Shown here in pieces: positions 26,776 through 36,700 of a DNA stretch of 64,000 nucleotides. The notes below the pieces were generated by a model. That model did no database searches and was not told the DNA's origin. It was given only the letters and a program-made list of their open reading frames with translations. The stretch comes from a virus. Both the position numbers and the translations under genes were made by a program. Within the stretch, counting starts at the first letter, position 1. Every line of letters begins with the position of its first letter. The stretch is taken from positions 7,361-71,360 of IMG/VR virus record IMGVR_UViG_3300008952_001755. One strand, 5' to 3'.

Positions 26776-27231
26776 TTATTTATCTCCCTTGTCTGCTCTG
26801 CCATCCTTGCCACCGATTCCCCTTTTAGCTTTGATAGTTCTACTTCCGTATTTTTGAGCTAATTTATCAGAGCCCCTTCCGTATCGTAGTAAAGTTCTAG
26901 AAGCGTGTTTCTTAACACTGCTCCACTTTGAGGAAGGAGTAGAACTGCCAGGGGTAAACCCTTTTGCAATCTTACCTCTTCCACTTTTCTTTCCCCACTT
27001 TCCTTTAGAAATTACATACAATCTACCAGCAGCTTTAGTTGAAAAAATCTGACCGTAGGATCCGTCTGTCAAGGCAGACTTTATACTATCGTAAGTTTTT
27101 ACTCTACCTTTGAAAGCCTTCTTCTTATCATCCTTGGTAGCGGATCTAGAGGTGTAAGCTTCCCTACCCTCAGTAGAGCCTCTTCCGCTGGTCCCTTCGG
27201 TAAGATAATAAATTGCCTCTGTCAGTTTCAT
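26776..27231 (-). CDS. Small, highly basic protein (putative core/DNA-binding)
   Basis: K/R/G/S-rich; N-terminal LTEA/LTEG sites; directly upstream of the protease. Confidence 0.6.
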   Translation of the reverse strand: MKLTEAIYYLTEGTSGRGSTEGREAYTSRSATKDDKKKAFKGRVKTYDSIKSALTDGSYGQIFSTKAAGRLYVISKGKWGKKSGRGKIAKGFTPGSSTPSSKWSSVKKHASRTLLRYGRGSDKLAQKYGSRTIKAKRGIGGKDGRADKGDK

Positions 27232-27728
27232 CTCTTCTTCAGTTTACTTCTAATAGCTTGTTTTAAAACTTCTTTTTTTGTTTTAGCAGGTTTTGCACTA
27301 ATGTAACCATACCCCTTCTCGATCTTCTCCCAAGACTCACTACCCTTTTGGGGTCCAGCCATATTAACACCGATGTTACCGCTACTAGTCATAGCAGCAC
27401 TCATCTCTTTAAGAAGACCCTTTACCTCTTCCAGCAAGGGGACGAGTTGTTGGGCAGTCTCTTCAGTTAATGCTTGCGGAGCTTTTGGTTCTTCGGATTG
27501 GTCCCAAACAAGCTCAGGAATTTCCTCTACAGCAGGAGTCTCTTGGGGGTGATAAGCTTCTCCTAAAAGCTCCGTCATGAATGAATCGGGAACTTTAACC
27601 TTAGAAATATCTCGCCCAGCAGGAGCTAATCCGTTGCTTCCAGCACTAGGAGGTAATTCCTTACCTTCCTTAATATTTTCCACTTGATTCAGAATTAGAT
27701 TCTGTGCGAAGTCGCCAATGCTATCCAT
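27228..27728 (-). CDS. Hypothetical head-module protein
   Basis: 166-aa ORF, ATGA overlap with the next gene; LTEE/LKEM sites. Confidence 0.55.
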   Translation of the reverse strand: MDSIGDFAQNLILNQVENIKEGKELPPSAGSNGLAPAGRDISKVKVPDSFMTELLGEAYHPQETPAVEEIPELVWDQSEEPKAPQALTEETAQQLVPLLEEVKGLLKEMSAAMTSSGNIGVNMAGPQKGSESWEKIEKGYGYISAKPAKTKKEVLKQAIRSKLKKR

Positions 27729-27733
27729 GATGA

Positions 27734-28117
27734 CTACTCCTCGTCCAAGTCTTGGAAAAGAAGTTCTTGAATAGTCTCATCAATAACAGTTTCAACATCC
27801 TCATCACCTTCATTCAGTTGGCTTAAACGGTCAACAAGACCAACCACAACATTCAGATGCTCAAGGATACGCTCCTCATCAATAGCTTCGGAAAGCTCGG
27901 AAACGCAAAGGGGGCAAACATGAATAGCCTCTTCGACCACTTCTTCAGCTTCTTCAGCTTCTTCAGCTTCTTCAGCTTCTTCAGCTTCTTCAACAGCTTC
28001 TTCTTCTTCACCACCACCCTTGGTCTCATCAAGACGGGGAGTAATCCCAGCCTTGCCCCAAGCAGCACTTTCCATCAATTGTTGACGAAGTTCGTCACTT
28101 AATTTCATATGATCCAT
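27734..28117 (-). CDS. Acidic hypothetical protein with EEA repeats and CPLC motif
   Basis: Start uncertain (MDHMKL chosen); LMES site; HVCPLC...EH. Confidence 0.55.
   Translation of the reverse strand: MDHMKLSDELRQQLMESAAWGKAGITPRLDETKGGGEEEEAVEEAEEAEEAEEAEEAEEVVEEAIHVCPLCVSELSEAIDEERILEHLNVVVGLVDRLSQLNEGDEDVETVIDETIQELLFQDLDEE
27941..27992. repeat. 9-nt tandem repeat (ttcttcagc), 5 copies plus a partial, encoding (EEA)n
   Basis: Read directly from the sequence. Confidence 0.9.
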
Positions 28118-28160
28118 ATCATTATCTCTCAAAAATAGTTAAGATTTCCATCTCTACACT

Positions 28161-28167
28161 TATTTAG
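28161..28167 (-). promoter_or_regulatory. Late promoter candidate CTAAATA at the head of the capsid operon
   Basis: Intergenic; resembles the T4-like late core TAAATA. Confidence 0.5.
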
Positions 28168-28214
28168 CCTAGTAAGCTAAATTGTTTCATTTTATTTTAA
28201 AAATTGCTAAACAC

Positions 28215-31200
28215 CTACCTTCTAATAGGGCCGAAGGTAGCTTCTCCTGTAGTAGTGGGAGGAACAATAGTTTCTCCATTCTTAGTTCCTTTTATAGAGG
28301 TAAAGGTATCAGCGGGTGCCCCCACCTTCCTCCTAACAAGCTGGGTCTTCTGGAAGCTAACTCTCTTATCCGCTCGACTAATGGGAGGGATCACTTTCAC
28401 TTCTGCAATAAGCCCATTTCTAATCGAAGATTGAATTAATCTAAAGCTCTCTAATCTAGAAAGAAGGTTATATTGTTGTAAAGTTAGTCTACTATAAACA
28501 TCAAACTCAGTTAGAGATTTTCCAATACCATTGAGTCCTAGTAAGTAATTATTATTTAACTCAGTAATAATCTCCTTCACTAACCTAAACCCAGTCTTCT
28601 TCCTAGAAGGAGTATACTTTTCTGCTGATACAAGATTTCCCCTCTCTCTGTACCCTGTTGTAAAAACTTTATCTGTTGGTGCAATTTGAGTTATTCTTGT
28701 CTGGGGGTTGGAATTTCCATATACATCAACCGCTGTTCTACCATTTGTCTGTATCCTAACAAATTTATTGGTTTGTTGTTTGCTAAAATCAGGGACGATT
28801 GAAGTTCTGCAATCCAAAATCCTCCCAACATTACCAGAAGTCTCCAACGAAAAGATCTTAGATTTACTATTAAAAATATTAAAATCACTTCGGTTGGTGG
28901 GGTACACCATAATATACCACGGGATCTGTCTAGTTAAAAGTGGTATAGATTTGTTTTCTTTAGGAGAATCAAAAAGAATATCTGTCTGCTTTAAAGTAAG
29001 AGAAGAAGTAGTTGTTATATAATCTAACATAAGGTCCTCATCATCAAGAATAAATACTCTATGATTTGCTTTGTATTTAATATAATTATTTACACTTCTT
29101 AATCCATTCGTAGTGCTTGTGTCCATCAAGGCATACTGCGCTGTGGAATCTTTAAGTAAGAAAGATCCTCCTAGAGAGGGTTTTGTATCAATGGAGCTTA
29201 AAACACAACTTAGTACATAAAAATCCTGTCTTGGGGCTGATAAGGAGTAATCAAATTCAATATTTGATAAGATACTAGCACTAACTTCTAATGTTCTTCC
29301 TGAATTTCCCCCAAGTAAACTTATTGCTTGTTGTCTAGTTGCTTCGGGAAGAAGAAACGCATGGTCTTTCTCCGACTTAGCGAATATCCTGAATGACCCA
29401 GTTCCCTGTTTAACATCAAAATAATCTCCATCACTTATTCCTAAGGTGGTTCGATCAATAAAGGTATCATCATCTTTAACATAATACTTTATTACCTCTC
29501 CTCCAATGGTTACTTCTATATACTTATCAATATCAGAGGCTAAGGTTTTCCAGTTGGGTAATATGTTTCTCATATTACCCTCTGCCTTAGCGGGATCTAA
29601 TGTGAATTTATTCCTATCAACAAGGGCTAGAGCAGCTACCTCGTTTACTCTATTACTACTACTTCTCTTAATAAGGATGGGTACTCGCTCCTTACTACTA
29701 GTGGCAAGGTCTTGTAAAGATTTAAGAGTAACTTCAGATATAGTTCCATCTAAAATTCTTGTACCTATCATTGAAAATATTTGATTTTTATTTAGCGGAG
29801 TACCATCATAATTTCTAATCTCCCCCAGAATAGTTTGAACCCTAGTTTTCAGGCTATCATATACAGTTGTGGGAGTTACTCCTGCACTTCTAGTACTGTC
29901 CCAGTTACCTGGGCGCACCTTGTTTGATAAAATATATGCAATATTACTATCAATTCTGTCTTTAAATAATTCAGGGTATACTGAATTAGGAACTAAAGTA
30001 GGAAATGTAGGAGTAGTAACAAAAGCAATATCAGGATCCTCAATCCCTGCTGGCATTTCTCTAAGGACCATAGAAACAATAGCGGGATCATTTAAATCAA
30101 CCTCTCCACTTTGTATGGTTTCACTAATTAGAGAACCAGAATCTAACTCAGATTCTACGGATAATGCTCCTCCCGCTAACCCAGAATCTCGGTCAACACT
30201 AACTCCCCCACCTCCTCCTTCCCCACCAAAAAATCCTCCTCCAGCAACTCCTCCCTTAGAGGGGGCTCCATAAGCACCTCCACCAGTACCACCATCAAAA
30301 AATCCACCCCTAGCGGTGCCCCCAGGAACTCCAGCACTTCCTCCTCCACCTCCACCAGTACCACCATCAGCAAGTCCAGCCCCAGCACTTCCTCCAGGGG
30401 CACCACCAGCCCCTATACCTCCCCCTCCAGTACCACCATCACCTAACGACCCACCTTTAGCAGTTCCTCCAGGGGCTCCACCAGCAGCGGTTCCAGTACC
30501 ACGATCAGCAAGTCCAGCCCCAGCGGTGCCTCCAGGATCACCAGCAGCAGTTCCTCCAGCACCACCTCCATCGGGTTCTGTAGGTCCTCCAGGCTGATCA
30601 GACTTAGGGGCTCCAGGAGCAGCACCTCCTCCCCCACCACCAGCGTCTTGAGAAACATCATCCAATCCTCCTGGGCATCGTTTTCTAAGGGTCATATAAG
30701 TATTGGTACAAGTGTTTGTTCCACAAACACAACCCGCTGCACCAGCAGCACCAGTACCCCCTATAGGACTATACCCATCTGCAATAAAACCATCAAAAAT
30801 AGCTCTCCACCCAGACTCAGGGGTTCCTAAAGGAACGCAGGTTTTTAAAAGAGAAACAAAGATAATACAAAAACCATCTAACATAAACGGTCCATTAAAA
30901 ACATGGGTAGTTATAGTACATTTACAAGTTGCTCCTCCAGGGTCAGAAGGGGCAGGGGCACCCCCAGCAGCAGCACCACCACCACCTGGAGGAGGAGGGT
31001 CAGGGGGCTTTATATCAGGGGGACCAGGGTGAGGAGGCTGCCCAGGACCACCACCACCAATTGCTACTCCATCACCAACATCATCAGGGGGATCAGGAGG
31101 ATCAGGAGGATCACCTCCTCCCCCACCATCAATGGTTCCTCCACCATCGAAATCAGAGAAGTTTCCAGGACCCACTCCTGGGAGAAAGGTCCCGCAACCG

Positions 31201-31223
31201 AATGTGGGATCTTCAATAGGCAT
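28215..31223 (-). CDS. Large Gly/Pro-rich protein with a Cys-rich domain (putative virion protein)
   Basis: 1002-aa ORF; N-terminal third made of Gly/Pro repeats around a Cys-rich block; last gene of the fibre cluster. Confidence 0.6.
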   Translation of the reverse strand: MPIEDPTFGCGTFLPGVGPGNFSDFDGGGTIDGGGGGDPPDPPDPPDDVGDGVAIGGGGPGQPPHPGPPDIKPPDPPPPGGGGAAAGGAPAPSDPGGATCKCTITTHVFNGPFMLDGFCIIFVSLLKTCVPLGTPESGWRAIFDGFIADGYSPIGGTGAAGAAGCVCGTNTCTNTYMTLRKRCPGGLDDVSQDAGGGGGGAAPGAPKSDQPGGPTEPDGGGAGGTAAGDPGGTAGAGLADRGTGTAAGGAPGGTAKGGSLGDGGTGGGGIGAGGAPGGSAGAGLADGGTGGGGGGSAGVPGGTARGGFFDGGTGGGAYGAPSKGGVAGGGFFGGEGGGGGVSVDRDSGLAGGALSVESELDSGSLISETIQSGEVDLNDPAIVSMVLREMPAGIEDPDIAFVTTPTFPTLVPNSVYPELFKDRIDSNIAYILSNKVRPGNWDSTRSAGVTPTTVYDSLKTRVQTILGEIRNYDGTPLNKNQIFSMIGTRILDGTISEVTLKSLQDLATSSKERVPILIKRSSSNRVNEVAALALVDRNKFTLDPAKAEGNMRNILPNWKTLASDIDKYIEVTIGGEVIKYYVKDDDTFIDRTTLGISDGDYFDVKQGTGSFRIFAKSEKDHAFLLPEATRQQAISLLGGNSGRTLEVSASILSNIEFDYSLSAPRQDFYVLSCVLSSIDTKPSLGGSFLLKDSTAQYALMDTSTTNGLRSVNNYIKYKANHRVFILDDEDLMLDYITTTSSLTLKQTDILFDSPKENKSIPLLTRQIPWYIMVYPTNRSDFNIFNSKSKIFSLETSGNVGRILDCRTSIVPDFSKQQTNKFVRIQTNGRTAVDVYGNSNPQTRITQIAPTDKVFTTGYRERGNLVSAEKYTPSRKKTGFRLVKEIITELNNNYLLGLNGIGKSLTEFDVYSRLTLQQYNLLSRLESFRLIQSSIRNGLIAEVKVIPPISRADKRVSFQKTQLVRRKVGAPADTFTSIKGTKNGETIVPPTTTGEATFGPIRR

Positions 31224-31226
31224 ATA

Positions 31227-33719
31227 TTAATTCTTTAGGGTAATCGTGGGGTTAGTTCCGTTAAGGTTCCCATAAAGATGGGATGCGTCATCATTGGGAA
31301 TTCCAGAAATTGACCACATCACAGTGGGGTAGGTACACTTGCCAATTCTCGGGTTTCCAACATAACCAAGGTGCGCGGTAGAGCTAATAGGGGCTGTGTT
31401 TGAGTATAATATATCCCCAACAGGAACAACGAATCCACTAAATCTACCACCATCTCTTTGAGATAAAGTAACAGAATTAGAGGAACCTCCACTCTTCTTA
31501 CCACCACCCGTTGTGGTAACAACGGTGTAGGGTGCTGGGAATCCAGGGGTGTGATCGCTTGCACCAGTATTTGGGTCTGCGTAGAAAGCAACATAGATCG
31601 TAAACTCCTCAAAACCCTTCTCTACCCAATGACCAAAATAACCTCCTGGAAGGTCTCTGTTTCTATTAATACTTCGACTATTTTGAGCCAAGCAATTAAC
31701 TAGATCAACATCAACCCTGTAATCAGCTAACCATGCTGGCCTATCGAACTTAATCTTTTTGGCAACATAGTTAAAGTTTACTTTACTTTCCGCGTGTGAG
31801 ATAATCATATTACTAAAGCTGTTAAGCTTCGTAGGAACCCCACCTCCTGTTGTAGTTCCATCATTATAAACTACTTGGCTTATACTTCCTGCCACAATTG
31901 AAGGGTCTGGGGCGCTATCTGGGTCCCCTTGTAAACTAAAGAAAGTATTAACATAATCGTTAGGATATGAACCCTTATCAAGAATATCCTGTTCTATACA
32001 CCACTGAGCTAAGTCCCAATCAGGATAAGATGGAACACTAATTTGTGCAGCAGGACCCCCTATACCATACTTACTTCTGATATACTGCTTAATATAAGCA
32101 TCAGCATTAGTATCTGGGTTTCCATCATCTGCGAAAATTCCTTGATAAAAATCATACAGGGCTCCTTCAGGACCAAAGTTCCAACCACCAAATACATACC
32201 CAGTGGCTAAAATATTCGTAGCTGTTTGCGTATCTGATTGTCCTGCTAAGGTGTCAACCTGACCTTGAATATTATCATAAGCTCGTTTAATCTCATAGTC
32301 TAACTGACCCTTACCAACAGCAGGGTTAGCTAAGGATAGTTGCGGGAAGGCAGCACCGATACCAGCCCGTTCATTGTATGCTAATTCAGCAGTTCTGAAC
32401 AAGGGTCTAATATCAATAACATCTGTACTAAGAACTACTTGGGATCCACTCTGAACCCACACATAGGCTACAGGAAGGATAGACTGACCAACAAGCTCAT
32501 ATGCATTATCCTCTAATCTCTCAGAGATAAGTGGGGCTATGTTTAAGATATCATCAGGGGCGGGGAAAGAGCCCCTCACATCTTGTGTAATATCATTAGC
32601 AGAAGTGGAAGTAAACCCCATGTTTATATTCTTCTGGTCTCCTGGGTGGGCAAGAATTCCATGATCAGCATTTAAATTATCAAGATAGTCTTTGGTAATA
32701 TTAGAACTTTCTTGGAAGTTTGTTTTAATCCCTGCTCCTCGCACAATGCCAAGAGTAGGCTTAGTAATTCCTTCCTTACCTGAAGGCTTTAAGATATTAA
32801 CTCCACTTGAATCAACAGGCTTACTATAGATAAAGACTAAATCAATCCTACTTTCCACTCCTGTAACTTGGGTTGTTCCTCCTCCTGAGTCAGTGTAAGA
32901 AAAATCATCGGGATCAAACTGAGGAACTTCAATAGAAATCTCATCATCTACATCAACAATAGCTAGACGAGAAACTCCTCTCCACCTTTTGATAAAATAA
33001 CTTTCTGTTCTAGGGAACTTAGCCCAACCATTATTTGGGTTAGTAGTTTCAAAACTAGGAAGAAGATAAGCATCTGAAGCAGATCCTTGAGATTTGGCCC
33101 AGATAAGAGCTTGTGTAACCAACATAGGTGAGTAAGCTGCACCTCCTCCTGGGATATTAACATCATCGTCACCATAGGCCAATCCAACTACATTTACTCC
33201 ATCATGATCAATGGGGGTATCTGAATTAATAACAGGCCAAGTAAAGGCTCTTTCCACAAGACCTGTCATACCCATAGCTTCTTGAGCGACTGCTTGTTTA
33301 AAAGTATCTAAAGCTGCTTGAAGAACAGCATTTTTTCCATTAGGAAAGTTTCCTGGGTTGGGGAGTGCAGTAGACCAAGCATCCACATCGCCAATAGCAG
33401 TACCCATAACTTTATTTAGATATGCAAGCGGAGTTTTAGTAGAAGCATCATTAATTCTAGCGGTATACCGTCCAGGATTAACACGAAGTATTCTGTCTCC
33501 TCCCGTAGCATAAGGACGAAGCTCATCTATATCACCTCTCTTAACTCCTAATAGTTTAGAAGAGTCTTTTCTAACTTGATCTTTTAGCCATAAACAATTT
33601 TCTTGAAGCTGCTTGAGGGGAATGTTGTCCACCTCAAAGTAATAAGGATCGTTAGCTTTAAAAAACCTAATCGGATCAGAAAACCGATAGTTACTGTCTT
33701 GATATACTTGTTCAGCCAT
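31227..33719 (-). CDS. Putative tail fibre/baseplate-attached protein
   Basis: N-terminal YYFEVDNIPLKQLQE resembles the neighbour's FYNWEQDNLPLYDLEE; position in the tail cluster. Confidence 0.55.
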   Translation of the reverse strand: MAEQVYQDSNYRFSDPIRFFKANDPYYFEVDNIPLKQLQENCLWLKDQVRKDSSKLLGVKRGDIDELRPYATGGDRILRVNPGRYTARINDASTKTPLAYLNKVMGTAIGDVDAWSTALPNPGNFPNGKNAVLQAALDTFKQAVAQEAMGMTGLVERAFTWPVINSDTPIDHDGVNVVGLAYGDDDVNIPGGGAAYSPMLVTQALIWAKSQGSASDAYLLPSFETTNPNNGWAKFPRTESYFIKRWRGVSRLAIVDVDDEISIEVPQFDPDDFSYTDSGGGTTQVTGVESRIDLVFIYSKPVDSSGVNILKPSGKEGITKPTLGIVRGAGIKTNFQESSNITKDYLDNLNADHGILAHPGDQKNINMGFTSTSANDITQDVRGSFPAPDDILNIAPLISERLEDNAYELVGQSILPVAYVWVQSGSQVVLSTDVIDIRPLFRTAELAYNERAGIGAAFPQLSLANPAVGKGQLDYEIKRAYDNIQGQVDTLAGQSDTQTATNILATGYVFGGWNFGPEGALYDFYQGIFADDGNPDTNADAYIKQYIRSKYGIGGPAAQISVPSYPDWDLAQWCIEQDILDKGSYPNDYVNTFFSLQGDPDSAPDPSIVAGSISQVVYNDGTTTGGGVPTKLNSFSNMIISHAESKVNFNYVAKKIKFDRPAWLADYRVDVDLVNCLAQNSRSINRNRDLPGGYFGHWVEKGFEEFTIYVAFYADPNTGASDHTPGFPAPYTVVTTTGGGKKSGGSSNSVTLSQRDGGRFSGFVVPVGDILYSNTAPISSTAHLGYVGNPRIGKCTYPTVMWSISGIPNDDASHLYGNLNGTNPTITLKN

Positions 33720-36700
33720 TAGTTATCCCTCGATAGATCAAAGATTGCAGAGGATTTAAATCCTAGTGAGCCCGATGCGTCTCCAACATAAGCTTCAGAC
33801 CCCCTATTGTCAGGGAGGTTGCTTCTGGATCTGTAAAGCGTTACTTTTCTAGGTCTTCCTGACATTCCAACACTTGCATTTTTAGAATTAGCAAAAGTAC
33901 TTCCTGCCGACTCATCTAGCATACACTGAGTTGGGTTCTCCTCTACCATTTCAGAGCAGTAGTAAAAACCAGAAGTCCAAAGTTGATCAGGGACCTCATC
34001 CCCATCAGAATCATAGCTGAGTTTTAGTAGATCAGGGTAATCTCCACTAGCGTTTAATTCTCCCGTTGGAACTAAAGCCGATAAGGTAGCAGAACAATTA
34101 TACCCTTGAGCAAAGGTTTGGTAAGCTGGTCCTATAACACCGCTAAAGTCCCCAGCGTGTGGAAACGCTCCCTTAAGATATCCACTTAAATCAGTTTGAA
34201 GAATCTTGGCTCCTGGTTTTGGAGTCCAGTAAATGCGGAAAACACCTTGGTTATTGCTAGTGTTTGCTGCTGCTCCGTATCTATAAGTAGTAGTACCACT
34301 TACATTAATTCCTGCCTCTGCCATAGAAACCGCTGTCTTATCATTAACTATTCCAGAAATGGGATAGAAAGCATCGAAAGGGCTATTAACACTAACACCA
34401 GAGGGAATAACCCATACCGAACTCCCTGCTCCAAATGCATCCAACACACTTAGCGACCCTGTATCAGGTGTGTTTACTGGGGCTCCAGACGCTGGAACCT
34501 CATTAGCATTTCCAGCAAGGACCCCATCCCTAGAAGACGCATAAATTGAACTAGGCCCATGATAATCGGTACTTCCAGGCCACATACCACTAACAGAAAG
34601 GAAGGAAGCGTTTAGTCTAGAACTATCAGCTATATTCCAAATCATTAACTTACTGCAAGCATTTCCACTAGTAGTATAATAAAGCCCATCCATAGGACCA
34701 TTGTTAGTTCCTACAGGGAAATGAACATTTTTAACATTAACAACGCTATCTTGTGTAGCTCGTAAGCACATCCCTCCCTGTGTGAGATTTTCAATATTAG
34801 CGGGAACCAATGGAGTATTAATAACATTCTCAGTAGCAAAGAATCTATTAATGTAGTTTAGAGTAGTAAACACTGGAAAGTTGGGAACAGTGAAAGGCAC
34901 TCCTGTAACCAAATCATCAAGGTTGAGATCCCCTATAGAAGTTGTGTCCTGAGGGTTGGGGTAGAATTGAAGAGAACCAGAACCAGTATAAGCACTAGTA
35001 TTAAAAGTATTAATGGGATAATCAAAACCAGCATCAAGCAATACAGTCCCTGCGGCGGTCCTGCCCCAGTTAGCTGGGAAAGCACCTAAGTCTGCCATAT
35101 TGATCGTAGAGTTTTTATTAGCTACCAAGCAAGCTCTAGTAGAATGAAGTTCAACAGAAGTATGGTTTGCTTGAGAACTTAAATCAAACCCGCTTACTTC
35201 TAAACCAAAAGCATCTCTAGATCTTGCTGGTTCTATGTTAAGTGTAGAGTTATTCTCTACTAGAACATCCACACCAAACTGACCAATGGCCGTAGGTCCA
35301 TGTAAGTTAATTTCTGAAGCCTTATCAGCATAAATTCCTGCCATCTTTTCTTGATAAGTAAATCCTGCTGGACCCCAAACAAAAGTACATCCTGATCCAC
35401 TACCGAAGCAGCTTACTTTAGAATTATCAGTAGCCTTGATAGCTCTTCCATAAGAAGGAACATCAGCTATGTTTTCACTTGCACCATTTACATCAACAAA
35501 AGCATGAAGTAAATCTAGATTAGATCCATCATTTACAGATAAAGCGGGAAGGGGACTGTAGTTAGCTCCATCCCACTTAATAACACCATGAGAAACTTTG
35601 AACTTGGTGTTCCCATATGTAGTAGGAATATTATTTTTTCTTACAAAACCAAAGGAGCTATTCTTCATCAGGTCAATGTGCTGACTATTAGCAGACATAT
35701 CTAATTGTTTACGATCATCCTGTCCCGCCTCCAGCGGGGAGGCTGGGGAATCGAAAAGGAAAGCAGAGTTTCTACACCTAATAGCCTCGTTACTATGAGC
35801 ATCAATGCACAAGTTTTGGAAGGTTACTTTAGATCCGTCAGCTTGAATACCTACATCATCTCCATATACATCAAGAAGACCTTTGATATCCATTTCTGAA
35901 TTATTTAAAAGGAATCCATAGCCTGTGTTTAGTTCCGAACCAATGATGCTACCGTCCAAAGGCTGTATAGCTACCGCTCTCTGAACCCCTCCCGTTAGCT
36001 TAGAGTTATCAAGAACAAACCCTGCATAGTTTCTGGAAGCTATAATGTTACAATCAACTCCCGAACCTCCTGTGTCACCAGCATAAGCTGTGTCAAGCGG
36101 AGTTGGAAGGGAGCTTACTAATACTTCACTATTAACAGCGTGGAATCCGTAACCAGTCTCCGCTTGTCTTGTAGTAGTAGTGAGTAAGTTATAGTTTCTA
36201 TAGGCAGCAGCGGATCTTGAAAGAGTTACTTTAGAGTTATTGAACTTAAATCCAGCTTCTTGTGCCCTGACTCCAGCGCAGTTTTCCAGAAGAACATCCG
36301 AGTTTGTCACTTCAATAGCGTACTTGCGAGTATTTTCTCCATCAGAAAAGAAGTTTCTGATATAAATGGGGCCGTCACAGTTCTTAATGCTGATCTTAGA
36401 GCAACGGTTAAAGTAAGTATTGCCACCAACAGATAGTCTTTCAGGATCTGATAATCCTGCTCGATATATCGTTAAATCAGTGGCTTGATTAGTTGCACTA
36501 ACATCTATAGTTCCTCTAGTTAGATCGGCTGTGTTATTTATGTTCTCATAAGGAGCAAAGGAGAACTTATTTAAAGTACCCGTAAAGGGAGCAGCAGACT
36601 TGAAAGCGACCGTAAGAGGGGCTTTTCTTAAAATATGCTTTGGATAAAAGAATGAATACCCTTGGTTATTTACTCTAGCATCACCAGCCCCTGACAAAAC

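Noticed and set aside
27853-28102. KKL-repeat and FFS-repeat ORFs
   Set aside because: Alternative frames of the 9-nt tandem repeat
29869-31238. Plus-strand Pro-rich and His/Gln-rich ORFs
   Set aside because: Antisense reflections of the Gly-rich repeats
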